The notes under the pieces: model-generated
Seen by the model: the letters and a program-made list of their open reading frames with translations, nothing else
Database searches by the model: none
What the model was told of the DNA's origin: nothing
Translations under genes and position numbers: made by a program
Source: Squalus acanthias
Taxonomy: Eukaryota
Reading direction: 5' to 3'
DNA length: 64,000 nucleotides
Assembly: GCA_030390025.1 (NCBI GenBank)
Contig: CM059431.1
Span: 98,210,001-98,274,000 of the forward strand
Shown: positions 20,310 to 33,100 of the stretch, one piece after another
Numbering within the stretch: position 1 is the stretch's first letter
Layout of the letters: every line of letters begins with the position of its first letter

Positions 20310-20612
20310 TATTCACTTCATCGCATCTCATGGAGCACTTCACACAAGGCACTCTTCCTGTGCTGCTGTTACAAAGGCAAGCACAGCCGCCAATTTGCAC
20401 ACAGCAAGATCCCATATACAGCAATGACAAAGTAATCTGGGGGGGTTTTTCCCCACCCTGAGGCTGAGATAAAATGATTGGCCAGGTCACTGCGCTCCTT
20501 TGAGTAACACCATGTGATTTTTAGCATGCGTAGGACAGGAGGGAGAGCCTCGGTTTAACGCCTCCCCCAAGGGGCAGCACCTCTGGCAACAGACTGAAGT
20601 CTTGGTCTGGAT
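20310..20612 (-). mobile_element. old, diverged DeuSINE-like fragment
   Basis: GCCAATTTGCACACAGCAAGATCCCA..CAGCAATG and GCCTCGGTTTAACG match SacSINE1-like motifs. Confidence 0.6.
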
Positions 20613-21632
20613 TACAACAACAACAACTTGCATTTATACAGCGCCTTTAACGTAGTAAAACATCCCAAGGCGCTTCACAGGAGCGATTATCAGACAAAAT
20701 TTGACACGAGCCACATAAGGAGATATTAGGACAGATGACTAAAAGTTTGGTCAAAGAGGGAGGTTTTAAGGAGTGTCTTAAAGGAGGAGAGAGAGGCGGA
20801 GAGGTTTAGGGAGGGAATTCCAGAGCTCAGGGCCCAGGCAGCTGAAGGCACGGCCGCCACTGGTGGAGCGATGAAAATCAGGGATGCTCAAGAGGGCAAA
20901 ATTGGAGGAGCGCAGAGATCTCGGAGGGTTGTGGGGCTGGAGGAGATTGCAGAGATAGGGAGGGGCGAGGCCATGGAGGGATTTGAAAGCAAGGATCAGA
21001 ATTTTTTAATCGAGGCGCTGCTTAACCGGGAGCCAATGTCGGTCAGTGAGCACAGGGGTGATGGGTGAACGGGACTTGGTGCGAGTTGGGACACGGGGAG
21101 CCGAGTTTTGGATCACCTCAAGTTTACGTAGGGTGGAATGTGGGAGGCCGGCCAGGAGTGCGTTGGAATAGTCAAGTCTAGAGGTAACAAAGGCATGGAT
21201 GAGGGTTTCAGCAGCGGATGAGCTGAGGCAAGGGCGGAGACGGGCGATGTTACGGAGGTGGAAATAGGCGGTCTTTGTTATGCTCCGGTATGTGGTCAGA
21301 AGCTCATTTCAAGGTCAGATATGACACCAAGGTTGCGAACAGTGTGGTTCAGCCTCAGACAGTAGCCAGGAGAGGGATGGAGTCGGTGGCTAGGGAACGG
21401 AGTTTGTGGTGGGGACCGAAGACAATGGCTTTGGTCTCCCCAATATTTAGTTGGAGGAAATTTCTGCTCATCCAGTACTGGATGTCGGACAAGCAGTCTG
21501 ACAATTTAGAGACAGTGGAGGGGTCGAGAGGAGTGCTGGTGAGGTAGAGCTGGGTGTCGTCAGTGTACATGTGGAACCTGAGTACCTGACGCTGTGTTTT
21601 CTGATGATGTTGCTGAGGGGCAGAATGTAGAT
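20613..21632 (-). mobile_element. L2 LINE 3' ~1 kb (end of RT domain to tail), frameshifted
   Basis: FHMYTDDTQLY (YADD-box remnant), [37 protein letters not shown], (GTT)n tail. Confidence 0.92.
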
Positions 21633-21764
21633 GAGAAATAGGAATTATGTGCTCAAATACAGGCTCCTGGTGTGGAGCGTCAGCCATCGGGAGTGTATAA
21701 GATCGAATGTGAGAGGTTTAGGACAGAGAGCAGGGAAACTGGTGTCATTTCTATGTATTATCAG

Positions 21765-22045
21765 AAACTTGCGGCCCTGTCACCCATTAATCCCGCCAAA
21801 CCCAACTGGCGATACTTCGTGCAGAAACCCCGCTTACACCGGACCTACGGAGAAGTAATGGAGATGGAGCAGGAGCAGCTTCGAGGAATTTCCTGGCCAT
21901 TGACTTCACTGGGGAGGTTTTCCTGTATCTACGAAACGCACCCGATCTCCTTGGGCCCGGCAAGTATTGGGATGTTGGCCTGGTTCCGATTCAGGCAGGT
22001 GTCTCGACTGTCTCCAGGACTCAGTGCCCCGGGGCAGAGACCCAG
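21765..22045 (+). CDS. candidate 281-nt exon (KLAALSPINPAKPNWRYFVQKPRLHRTYGEVMEMEQEQLRGISWP...), host gene unknown
   Basis: Acceptor tcatttctatgtattatcag, donor CAG|GTAAAC, open frame, CpG-retaining unique sequence; no homology recognised. Confidence 0.3.
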
Positions 22046-22108
22046 GTAAACCCCCGGGGTAAACAAAGGTCATTATCTCTTGACCTTTGTGGCTGTCTGG
22101 AGCTGGTA

Positions 22109-22473
22109 CAGGAAACTCTTTATTAACCGGCACCGACGGGACCGGCATGGTGCCGGTTAATCAAAAAGTCCGGATAACGGAGAGTTATATCTCCCAACAT
22201 ACGAGAGCCCCGTAAACATTGACATGCGCCTGCATTCGGAGCTCCGTCTCCCCGGGGACCAGCCAGCTGACCATCTGTCGTGTCCGTTGCCTACCCGGGC
22301 TGCACATTCCCCTCCCAATCTACACGCTCTGATACAAGGCAAACGCCTCGGGGTTTTTTTTAAAGTTAATTTTAAACGAGAGATGAAGGAAAACCCCGGT
22401 TACCTACTCAAGAATTTTGCCGGTTAAGAGAGATTTCCGGATATTTGGGTGCCGGTTAATAAAGAGTTTCCTG
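22109..22473. mobile_element. Tc1/mariner-superfamily (pogo/Tigger-like) MITE, 365 bp
   Basis: Perfect 26-bp TIR CAGGAAACTCTTTATTAACCGGCACC; TA on both flanks (22107-22108, 22474-22475); internal GCCGGTTAA repeats. Confidence 0.9.
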
Positions 22474-22584
22474 TACAACTAACATATGGTGCCTCAATCC
22501 ATTGCAGCCTAGGTTTTCTGATCGGCGTCCTACTAACAGAGGCAGTAACCTAAGGGTGGGCTCCAGCAGAACGTTTAAAAATTA

Positions 22585-23040
22585 ATTCTGGGGATGTGGG
22601 CGTCGCTGGCAAGGCTGGCATTAATTGCCCATCCCGAGCTGGTGGTGGGGGTGGGCCTTCTTCTTGAACCATTGCAGTCCGTGTGGTGAAGGTGCTCCCA
22701 CAACGGTTATTCTTTGTAGTGGTTTGATAGAAACTGCGTGGCTTGTGAGGCCACTTCAGGGGGCAGTTAAGAGTCAACGACGTTGGTGTGGGACTGGAGT
22801 CACATGTAGGCCCAGACCGGGTAAGGACGGCAGGTTTCCTTCCCTAAAGGACATTAGTGAACCAGTTGTTTTTTTTTACGACAATCCAACAGCTTCATGG
22901 TCACTTTTACTGAGACCAGCTTTTTATTTCCAGATTTTTTTAAAAACTGAATTAAAGTCCTCAGACTGCGATGGTGGGATTCGAACTCACGCTCTCTGGA
23001 TTACTGGTCCAGTGACATCACCACTACACTACCGTACCCC
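22585..23040 (-). mobile_element. SINE family B, most complete copy
   Basis: Minus-strand head GGTACGGTAGTGTAGTGG (A box) ... GAGTTCGAATCCC (B box); 3' ~120 nt matches the LINE tail at 19223-19345. Confidence 0.85.
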
Positions 23041-23246
23041 AAAGTTATAGTCACGCCCATCAGAAAATCCGAGCCTGTGTGTCTTTAAGGGTTTTAGCTT
23101 CACCTCAGGGAAAAGGAACATTCCAGAAACAGATTCCAACCAAACAGAGTTTAGTGATTAAGTATAAAACTACCAGTTGGAACGGTACTGAATGCAGTGT
23201 CACAGTTACTCGCTGTGGGATATAAATCAGGTCGTTATGTTCGTAC

Positions 23247-23325
23247 CTGATTCTAGTGGAATTTCCCAGCATCTCATAGCTTGGGATGGTCGACTATACT
23301 GTCGGGCTGCCTATACCATTGCTGT
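23247..23325 (-). CDS. candidate 79-nt exon with possible start codon at 23272 (MLGNSTRI..)
   Basis: Strong acceptor ttctatttttgctccttatttag, donor CAG|GTACGA. All frames hit a stop upstream of the ATG, consistent with a UTR/start exon or a non-coding exon. Confidence 0.3.
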
Positions 23326-23994
23326 CTAAATAAGGAGCAAAAATAGAACGAGGCTACCAATTGCAGTTGCCAGAACATTCCACGGAGCTTGCTCATATTG
23401 TGATTGCAAACACACAGCACTGCTCGAGCACCGGCTAGAAAAGTGCCAGGGAATTCTCAGACGATGGGTGTCGGCACTACATTTTCTCACCTATTCCTTT
23501 AAGCGAGAAATGTTATGATGGTGTCAAGGGTTTGGCTCCTGTGAATTTAGATTACATTTTGACCCACGCCTCCGTAAAAAAAATCCAGCTCAACTGCACT
23601 GAGACGCAAGTGGGACAGAACAGGAATTGTACCATTCACCCGAGGGAAAGCTGCCCGCCCAAGTGCAGAATTAGCAGTAACTTGGTAATCTCGCTGAGAG
23701 AGGTCAGAGATCCACTGTTCCAGCAAAACTGGACTGATCCCTTGGGCGGCAGACGCAGAAAGCATCAGTGATCCATGTTTGTATTCTCAAGAGAAACATG
23801 TTGAATGTTGTGTCTGTGACAATCATGTATCTCATCCTTTGCCAATCAAGCAGACATTGATTGAGCAGCACAGGCCATTCACAGGCCTTCCTTCGCACTC
23901 CTACTTTGTCTCACACATGTTTTTATCCTGCTTTATATTTTGGAAATATAAGTGCAGATTTTTCCTGTTCCTGGACCCGGGGCTGTCAGGTCAC

Positions 23995-24048
23995 CTTGGT
24001 ACGGCATGATGGGTCGAATGGCCTCCTTCTGTGCTGCTTGATTCGATG
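23995..24048 (+). mobile_element. CR1 LINE tail fragment
   Basis: GATGGGTCGAATGGCCTCCTTCTGTGCTG..ATTCGATG. Confidence 0.65.
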
Positions 24049-24197
24049 ACAATACAGAGGAATCAAACGCTCGCTCAATGATCTGAGGCAAGCAACAGAC
24101 AAATTTGCTCCACAAACTGCACCTAAAATGTTACTTATGTCTGGATAGAATCAATCAGTGAGGAATAATTGGAGTTAGTTTGGGAGTAACAGCAGAC

Positions 24198-27100
24198 TTC
24201 AGTGGGAGTCAGTAACTAGAATCTTCAGTGGGAGTCAGTAACTAGATTCTTCAGTGGGAGTCAGTAACTAGATTCTTCAGTGGGAGTCAGTAACTAGAAC
24301 CGTCAGTGGGAGTCAGTAACTAGATTCTTCAGTGGGAGTCAGTAACTAGAACCGTCAGTGGGAGTCAGTAACGAGGATCGTCAGTGGGAGTCAGTAACTA
24401 GAGTCGTCAGTGGGAGTCAGTAACTAGATTCTTCAGTGGGAGTCAGTAACTAGAATCTTCAGTGGGAGTCAGTAACTAGGATCGTCAGTGGGAGTCAGTA
24501 ACGAGGATCGTCAGTGGGAGTCAGCAACTAGGATCGTCAGTGGGAGTCAGTAACTAGGATCGTCAGTGGGAGTCAGTAACTAGCATCGTCAGTGGGAGTC
24601 AGTAACTAGAATCGTCAGTGGGAGTCAGTAACTAGATTCTTCAGTGGGAGTCAGTAACTAGAATCGTCAGTGGGAGTCAGTAACTAGAATCGTCAGTGGG
24701 AGTCAGTAACTAGGATCGTCAGTGGGAGTCAGTAACTAGAATCGTCAGTGGGAGTCAGTAACTAGATTCTTCAGTGGGAGTCAGCAACTAGAATCGTCAG
24801 TGGGAGTCAGTAACTAGAATCGTCAGTGGGAGTCAGTAACTAGAATCGTCAGTGGGAGTCAGTAACTAGGATCGTCAGTGGGAGTCAGTAAATAGAATCG
24901 TCAGTGGGAGTCAGTAACTAGATTCTTCAGTGGGAGTCAGTAACTAGAATCGTCAGTGGGAGTCAGTAACTAGGATCGTCAGTGGGAGTCAGTAACTAGA
25001 GTCGTCAGTGGGAGTCAGTAACTAGGATCGTCAGTGGGAGTGAGTAACTAGAGTCGTCAGTGGGAGTCAGTAACTAGGATCGTCAGTGGGAGTCAGTAAC
25101 TAGAATCCTCAGTGGGAGTCAGTAACTAGATTCTTCAGTGGGAGTCAGCAACTAGAATCGTCAGTGGGAGTCAGTAACTAGAATCGTCAGTGGGAGTCAG
25201 TAACTAGAATCGTCAGTGGGAGTCAGTAACTAGGATCGTCAGTGGGAGTCAGTAAATAGAATCGTCAGTGGGAGTCAGTAACTAGATTCTTCAGTGGGAG
25301 TCAGTAACTAGAATCGTCAGTGGGAGTCAGTAACTAGGATCGTCAGTGGGAGTCAGTAACTAGAGTCGTCAGTGGGAGTCAGTAACTAGGATCGTCAGTG
25401 GGAGTGAGTAACTAGAGTCGTCAGTGGGAGTCAGTAACTAGGATCGTCAGTGGGAGTCAGTAACTAGAATCCTCAGTGGGAGTCAGTAACTAGAATCCTC
25501 AGTGGGAGTCAGTAACTAGGATCGTCAGTGGGAGTCAGTAACTAGATTCATCAGTGGGAGTCAGTAACTAGATTCTTCAGTGGGAGTCAGTAACTAGAAT
25601 CGTCAGTGAGAGTCAGTAACTAGATACTTCAGTGGGAGTCAGTAACTAGGATCGTCAGTGGGAGTCAGTAACTAGATACTTCAGTGGGAGTCAGTAACTA
25701 GGATCGTCAGTGGGAGTCAGTAACTAGAATCGTCAGTGGGAGTCAGGAACTAGATACTTCAGTGGGAGTCAGTAACTAGGATCGTCAGTGGGAGTCAGTA
25801 ACTAGGATCGTCAGTGGGAGTCAGTAACTAGATTCTTCAGTGGGAGTCAGTAACTAGAATCGTCAGTGGGAGTCAGTAACTAGGATCGTCAGTGGGAGTG
25901 AGTAACTAGAGTCGTCAGTGGGAGTCAGTAACTAGGATCGTCAGTGGGAGTCAGTAACTAGAATCGTCAGTGGGAGTCAGTAACTAGAATCCTCAGTGGG
26001 AGTCAGTAACTAGAATCCTCAGTGGGAGTCAGTAACTAGGATCGTCAGTGGGAGTCAGTAACTAGATTCATCAGTGGGAGTCAATAACTAGATTCTTCAG
26101 TGGGAGTCAGTAACTAGAATCGTCAGTGAGAGTCAGTAACTAGATACTTCAGTGGGAGTCAGTAACTAGGATCGTCAGTGGGAGTCAGTAACTAGATACT
26201 TCAGTGGGAGTCAGTAACTAGGATCGTCAGTGGGAGTCAGTAACTAGAATCGTCAGTGGGAGTCAGTAACTAGATACTTCAGTGGGAGTCAGTAACTAGG
26301 ATCGTCAGTGGGAGTCAGTAACTAGGATCGTCAGTGGGAGTCAGTAACTAGATTCTTCAGTGGGAGTCAGTAACTAGATTCTTCAGTGGGAGTCAGTAAC
26401 TAGATTCTTCAGTGGGAGTCAGTAACTAGAATCGTCAGTGGGAGTCAGTAACTAGATTCTTCAGTGGGAGTCAGTACCTAGGATCGTCAGTGGGAGTCAG
26501 TAACTAGATTCTTCAGTGGGAGTCATAACTAGAGTCGTCAGTGGGAGTCAGTAACTAGGATCGTCAGTGGGAGTCAGTAACTAGAACCGTCAGTGGGAGT
26601 CAGTAACTAGAATCGTCAGTGGCAGTCAGTAACCAGAGTCGTCAGTGGGAGTCAGTAACTAGGATCGTCAGTGGGAGTCAGTAACTAGATTCTTCAGTGG
26701 GAGTCAGTAACTAGATTCTTCAGTGGGAGTCAGTAACTAGAATCGTCAGTGGGAGTCAGTAACTAGGATCGTCAGTGGGAGTCAGTAACTAGGATTGTCA
26801 GTGGGAGTCAGTAACTAGGATCGTCAGTGGGAGTCGATAACTAGGATCGTCAGTGGGAATCAGTAACTAGGATCGTCAGTGGGAGTCAGTAACTAGATTC
26901 TTCAGTGGGAGTCAGTAACTAGGATCGTCAGTGGGAGTCAGTAACTAGGATCGTCAGTGGGAGTCAGTAACTAGAGTCGTCAGTGGGAGTCAGTAACTAG
27001 GATCGTCAGTGGGAGTCAGTAACTAGGATCGTCAGTGGGAGTCAGTAACTAGAATCATCAGTGGGAGTCAGTAACTAGATTCTTCAGTGAGAGTCAGTAA

Positions 27101-30100
27101 CTAGAATCTTCAGTGGGAGTCAGTAACTAGATTCGTCAGTGAGAGTCAGTAACTAGGATCGTCAGTGGGAGTCAGTAACTAGGATCATCAGTGGAAGTCA
27201 TTAACTAGGATCGTCACTGGGAGTCAGTAACTAGGATCGTCAGTGGGAGTCAGTAACTAGGATTGTCAGTGGGAGTCAGTAACTAGGATCGTCAGTGGGA
27301 GTCAGTAACTAGGATCGTCAGTGGGAGTCAGCAACTAGGATCGTCAGTGAGAGTCAGCAACTAGAATCGTCAGTGGGAGTCAGTAACTAGAGTCGTCAGT
27401 GGGAGTCAGTAACTAGAATCGTCAGTGGGAGTCAGTAACTAGGATGGTCAGTGGGAGTCAGTAACTAGAATCGTCAGTGGGAGTCAGTAACTAGGATCGT
27501 CAGTGGGAGTCAGTAACTAGAATCGTCAGTGGGAGTCAGTAACTAGGATCGTCAGTGGGAGTCAGTACCTAGGATCGTCAGTGGGAGTCAGTAACTAGGA
27601 TCGTCAGTGGGAGTCAGTAACTAGGATCGTCAGTGGGTGTCAGTAACTAGGATCGTCAGTGGGAGTCAGTAACTAGGATCGTCAGTGGGAGTCAGTAACT
27701 AGGATCGTCAGTGGGAGTCAGTAACTAGGATCGTCAGTGGGTGTCAGTAACTAGGATCGTCAGTGGGAGTCAGTAACTAGGATCGTCAGTGGGAGTCAGT
27801 AACTAGGATCGTCAGTGGGAGTCAGTAACTAGGATCGTCAGTGGGAGTCAGTAACTAGAATCGTCAGTGGGAGTCAGTAACTCGAATCGTCAGTGGGAGT
27901 CAGTAACTAGAATCGTCAGTGAGAGTCAGTAACTAGATTCTTCAGTGGGAGTCAGTAACTAGAATCGTCAGTGGGAGTCAGTAACTAGGATCGTCAGTGG
28001 GAGTCAGTAACTAGAATCGTCAGTGAGAGTCAGTAACTAGATTCTTCAGTGGGAGTCAGTAACTAGAGTCGTCAGTGGGAGTCAGTTACTAGGATCGTCA
28101 GTGGGAGTCAGTTACTAGGATCGTCAGTGGGAGTCAGTAACTAGAATCGTCAGTGGGAGTCAGTTACTAGGATCGTCAGTGGGAGTCAGTAACTAGAATC
28201 GTCAGTGGGAGTCAGTAACTAGGATCGTCAGTGGGAGTCAGTAACTAGAATCGTCAGTGGGAGTGAGTAACTAGAATCGTCAGTGGGAGTCAGTAACTAG
28301 GATCGCCAGTGGGAGTCAGTAACTAGGATCGTCAGTGGGAGTCAGTAACTAGAATCGTCAGTGGGAGTCAGTAACTAGGATCGTCAGTGGGAGTCAGTAA
28401 CTAGAATCGTCAGTGGGAGTCAGTAACTAGAGTCGTCAGTGGGAGTCAGTAACTAGAGTCGTCAGTGGGAGTCAGTAACTAGAGTCGTCAGTGGGAGTCA
28501 GTAACTAGAATCGTCAGTGAGAGTCAGTAACTAGAATCGTCAGTGGGAGTCAGTAACTAGGATCGTCAGTGGGAGTCAGTAACTAGAATCGTCAGTGGGA
28601 GTCAGTAACTAGGATCGTCAGTGGGAGTCAGTAACTAGAATCGTCAGTGGGAGTCAGTAACTAGATTCGTCAGTGGGAGTCAGTAAATAGGATCGTCAGT
28701 GGGAGTCAGAAACTAGAATCTTCAGTGTGAGTCAGTAACTAGGATCGTCAGTGGGAGTCAGTAACTAGAATCGTCAGTGGGAGTCAGTAACTAGAGTCGT
28801 CAGTGGGAGTCAGTAACTAGAATCGTCAGTGGGAGTCAGTAACTAGAATCGTCAGTGGGAGTCAGTAACTAGGATCGTCAGTGGGAGTCAGTAACTAGAA
28901 TCGTCAGTGAGAGTCAGTAACTAGAATCTTCAGTGTGAGTCAGTAACTAGGATCGTCAGTGGGAGTCAGTAACTAGAATCGTCAGTGGGAGTCAGTAACT
29001 AAAATCGTCAGTGGGAGTCAGTAAATAGGATCGTCAGTGGGAGTCAGTAACTAGAATCGTCAGTGGGAGTCAGTAACTAGAATCGTCAGTGGGAGTCAGT
29101 AACTAGGATCGTCAGTGGGAGTCAGTAACTAGAATCGTCAGTGGGAGTCAGTAACTAGAATCGTCAGTGGGAGTCAGTAACTAGGATCGTCAGTGGGAGT
29201 CAGTAACTAGGATCGTCAGTGGGAGTCAGTAACTAGAATCGTCAGTGGGAGTCAGTAACTAGAATCGTCAGTGGGAGTCAGTAACTAGAGTCGTCAGTGG
29301 GAGTCAGTAACTAGAGTCGTCAGTGGGAGTCAGTAACTAGAGTCGTCAGTGGGAGTCAGTAACTAGAATCGTCAGTGGGAGTCAGTAACTAGAATCGTCA
29401 GTGGGAGTCAGTAACTAGGATCGTCAGTGGGAGTCAGTAACTAGAATCGTCATGAGAGTCAGTAACTAGAATCTTCAGTGTGAGTCAGTAACTAGGATCG
29501 TCAGTGGGAGTCAGTAAATAGAATCGTCAGTGGGAGTCAGTAACTAGAATCGTCAGTGAGAGTCAGTAACTAGAATCGTGAATGGGAGTCAGTAACTAGA
29601 TTTTTCAGTGGGAGTCAGTAACTAGGATCGTCAGTGGGAGTCAGTAACTAGAATCGTCAGTGGGAGTCAGTAACTAGAGTCGTCAGTGGGAGTCAGTAAC
29701 TAGGATCGTCAGTGAGAGTCAGTAACTAGAATCGTCAGTGACAGTCAGTAACTAGGATCGTCAGTGGGAGTCAGTAACTAGGATCGTCAGTGAGAGTCAG
29801 TAAGTAGGATCGTCAGTGGGAGTCAGTAACTAGGATTGTCAGTGGGAGTCAGTAACTAGGATCGTCAGTGAGAGTCAGTAACTAGAATCGTCAGTGAGAG
29901 TCAGTAAAAAGGATCGTCAGTGGGAGTCAGTAACTAGGATCGTCAGTGAGAGTCAGTAACTAGAATCGTCAGTGAGAGTCAGTAACTAGAATCTTCAGTG
30001 TGAGTCAGTAACTAGGTTCGTCAGTGAGAGTCAGTAACTAGAATCGTCAGTGGGAGTCAGTAACTAGAATCGTCAGTGGGAGTCAGTAACTAGAATCGTC

Positions 30101-33100
30101 AATGGGAGTCATTAACTAGGATCGTCAGTGGGAGTCAGTAACTAGATTTTTCAGTGGGAGTCAGTAACTCGGATCGTCAGTGGGAGTCAGTAACTAGTAT
30201 CGTCAGTGGGAGTCAGTAACTACAATCGTCAGTGGGAGTCAGTAACTAGAATTGTCAGTGGGAGTCAGTAACTAAGTTCGTCAGTGGGAGTCAGGAACTA
30301 GAATCGTCAGTGGGAGTCAGTAACTAGAATCTTCAGTGGGAGTCTGTAACTAGAATCGTCAGTGGGAGTCAGTAACTAGAATCGTCAGTGGGAGTCAGTA
30401 AGTAGAATTGTCAGTGGGAGTCAGTAACTAGGATCGTCAGTGGGAGTCAGTAACTAGAATCGTCAGTGGGAGTCAGTAACTAGGATCGTCAGTGGGAGTC
30501 AGTAACTAGAATCGTCAGTGGGAGTCAGTAACTAGAATCGTCAGTGGGAGTCAGTAACTAGGATCGTCAGTGGGAGTCAGTAACTAGGATCGTCAGTGGG
30601 AGTCAGTAACTAGAATCGTCAGTGGTAGTCAGTAACTAGAATCGTCAGTGGGAGTCAGTAACTAGAGTCGTCAGTGGGAGTCAGTAACTAGAGTCGTCAG
30701 TGGGAGTCAGTAACTAGAGTCGTCAGTGGGAGTCAGTAACTAGAATCGTCAGTGAGAGTCAGTAACTAGAATCGTCAGTGTAAGTCAGTAACTAGGATCG
30801 TCAGTGGGAGTCAGTATCTAGAATCGTCAGTGGGAGTCAGTAACTAGGATCGTCAGTGGGAGTCAGTAACTAGAATCGTCAGTGGGAGTCAGTAACTAGA
30901 ATCGTCAGTGGGAGTCAGTAAATAGGATCGTCAGTGGGAGTCAGTAACTAGAATCTTCAGTGTGAGTCAGTAACTAGGACCGTCAGTGGGAGTCAGTAAC
31001 TAGAATCGTCAGTGGGAGTCATTAACTAGAGTCGTCAGTGGGAGTCAGTAACTAGAATCGTCAGTGGGAGTCAATAACTGGAATCGTCAGTGGGAGTCAG
31101 TAACTAGGATCGTCAGTGGGAGTCAGTAACTAGAATCGTCAGTGAGAGTCAGTAACTAGAATCTTCAGTGTGAGTCAGTAACTAGGATCGTCAGTGGGAG
31201 TCAGTAAATAGAATCGTCAGTGGGAGTCAGTAACTAGAATCGTCAGTGAGAGTCAGTAACTAGAATCGTGACTGGGAGTCAGTAACTAGATTTTTCAGTG
31301 GGAGTCAGTAACTAGGATCGTCAGTGGGAGTCAGTAACTAGAATCGTCAGTGGGAGTCAGTAACTAGAGTCGTCAGTGGGAGTCAGTAACTAGGATCGTC
31401 AGTGAGAGTCAGTAACAAGAATCGTCAGTGACAGTCAGTAACTAGGATCGTCAGTGGGAGTCAGTAACGAGAATCGTCAGTGAGAGTCAGTAACTAGGAT
31501 CGTCAGTGGGAGTTAGTAACTAGGATCGTCAGTGGGAGTCAGTAACTAGGATCGTCAGTGAGAGTCAGTAACTAGAATCGTCAGTGAGAGTCAGTAACTA
31601 GGATCGTCAGTGGGAGTCAGTAACTAGGATTGTCAGTGAGAGTCAGTAACTAGAATCGTCAGTGAGAGTCAGTAACTAGAATCTTCAGTGTGAGTCAGTA
31701 ACTAGGTTCGTCAGTCAGAGTCAGTAACTAGAATCGTCAGTGGGAGTCAGTAACTCGAATCGTCAGTGGGAGTCAGTAACTAGAATCGTCAATGGGAGTC
31801 ATTAACTAGGATCGTCAGTGGGAGTCAGTAACTTGATTTTTCAGTGCGAGTCAGTAACTCGGATCGTCAGTGGGAGTCAGTAACTAGAATCGTCAGTGGG
31901 AGTCAGTAACTACAATCGTCAGTGGGAGTCAGTAACTAGAATTGTCAGTGGGAGTCAGCAACTAAGTTCGTCAGTGGGAGTCAGTAACTAGAATCGTCAG
32001 TGGGAGACAGTAACTAGAATCTTCAGTGGGAGTCTGTAACTAGAATCGTCAGTGGGAGTCAGTAACTAGGATCGTCAGTGGGAGTCAGTAACTAGAATCG
32101 TCAGTGGGAGTCAGTAAGTAGAATTGTCAGTGGGAGTCAGTAACTAGGATCGTCAGTGGGAGTCAGTAACTAGAATCGTCAGTGGGAGTCAGTAACTAGA
32201 ATCGTCAGTCGGAGTCAGTAACTAGAATCTTCAGTGGGAGTCTGTAACTAGAATCGTCAGTGGGAGTCAGTAACTAGTATCGTCAGTGGGAGTCAGTAAC
32301 TAGAATCGTCAGTGGGAGTCAGTAACTAGAATCGTCAGTGGGAGTCAGTAACTAGGATCGTCAGTGGGAGTCAGAAACTAGAATCGTCAGTGGGAATCAG
32401 TAACTAGGATCGTCAGTGGGAGTCAGTAACTAGATTCTTCAGTGGGAGTCAGTAACTAGAATCTTCAGTGGGTGTCAGTAACTAGTATCGTCAGTGGGAG
32501 TCAGTAACTAGATTCTTGAGTGGGAGTCAGTAACTAGAATCGTCAGTGGGAGTCAATAACTAGATTCTTGAGTGGGAGTCAGTAACTAGAATCTTCAGTG
32601 GGAGTCAGTAACTAGTATCGTCAGTGGGAGTCAGTAACTAGCATCTTCAGTGGGAGTCAGTAACTAGAATCGTCAGTGGGAGTCAGTAACTAGGATTCTT
32701 GAGTGGGAGTCAGTAACTAGAATCGTCAGTGGGAATCAGTAACTAGGATTCTTCAGTGGGAGTCAGTAACTAGAATCGTCAGTGGGAGTCAGTAACTAGA
32801 ATCGTCAGTGGGAGTCAGTAACTAGAATCTTCAGTGGATGTCAGTAACTAGAATCGTCAGTGGGATTCAGTAACTAGGATTCTTCAGTGGGAGTCAGTAA
32901 CTAGAATCGTCAGTGGGAGTCAGTAACTAGAATCGTCAGTGGGAGTCAGTAACTAGATTCTTCAGTGGGATTGAGTAACTAGAATCTTCAGTGGGAGTCA
33001 GTAACTAGGATCGTCAGTGGGAGTCAGTAACTAGAATCTTCAGTGGGAGTCAGTAACTAGGATCGTCAGTGGGAGTCAGTAACTAGATTCTTCAGTGGGA

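Noticed and set aside
21672..21720. GIY-YIG-like SGVYKIEC
   Set aside because: No following YIG/YVG motif and no adjacent RT sequence.
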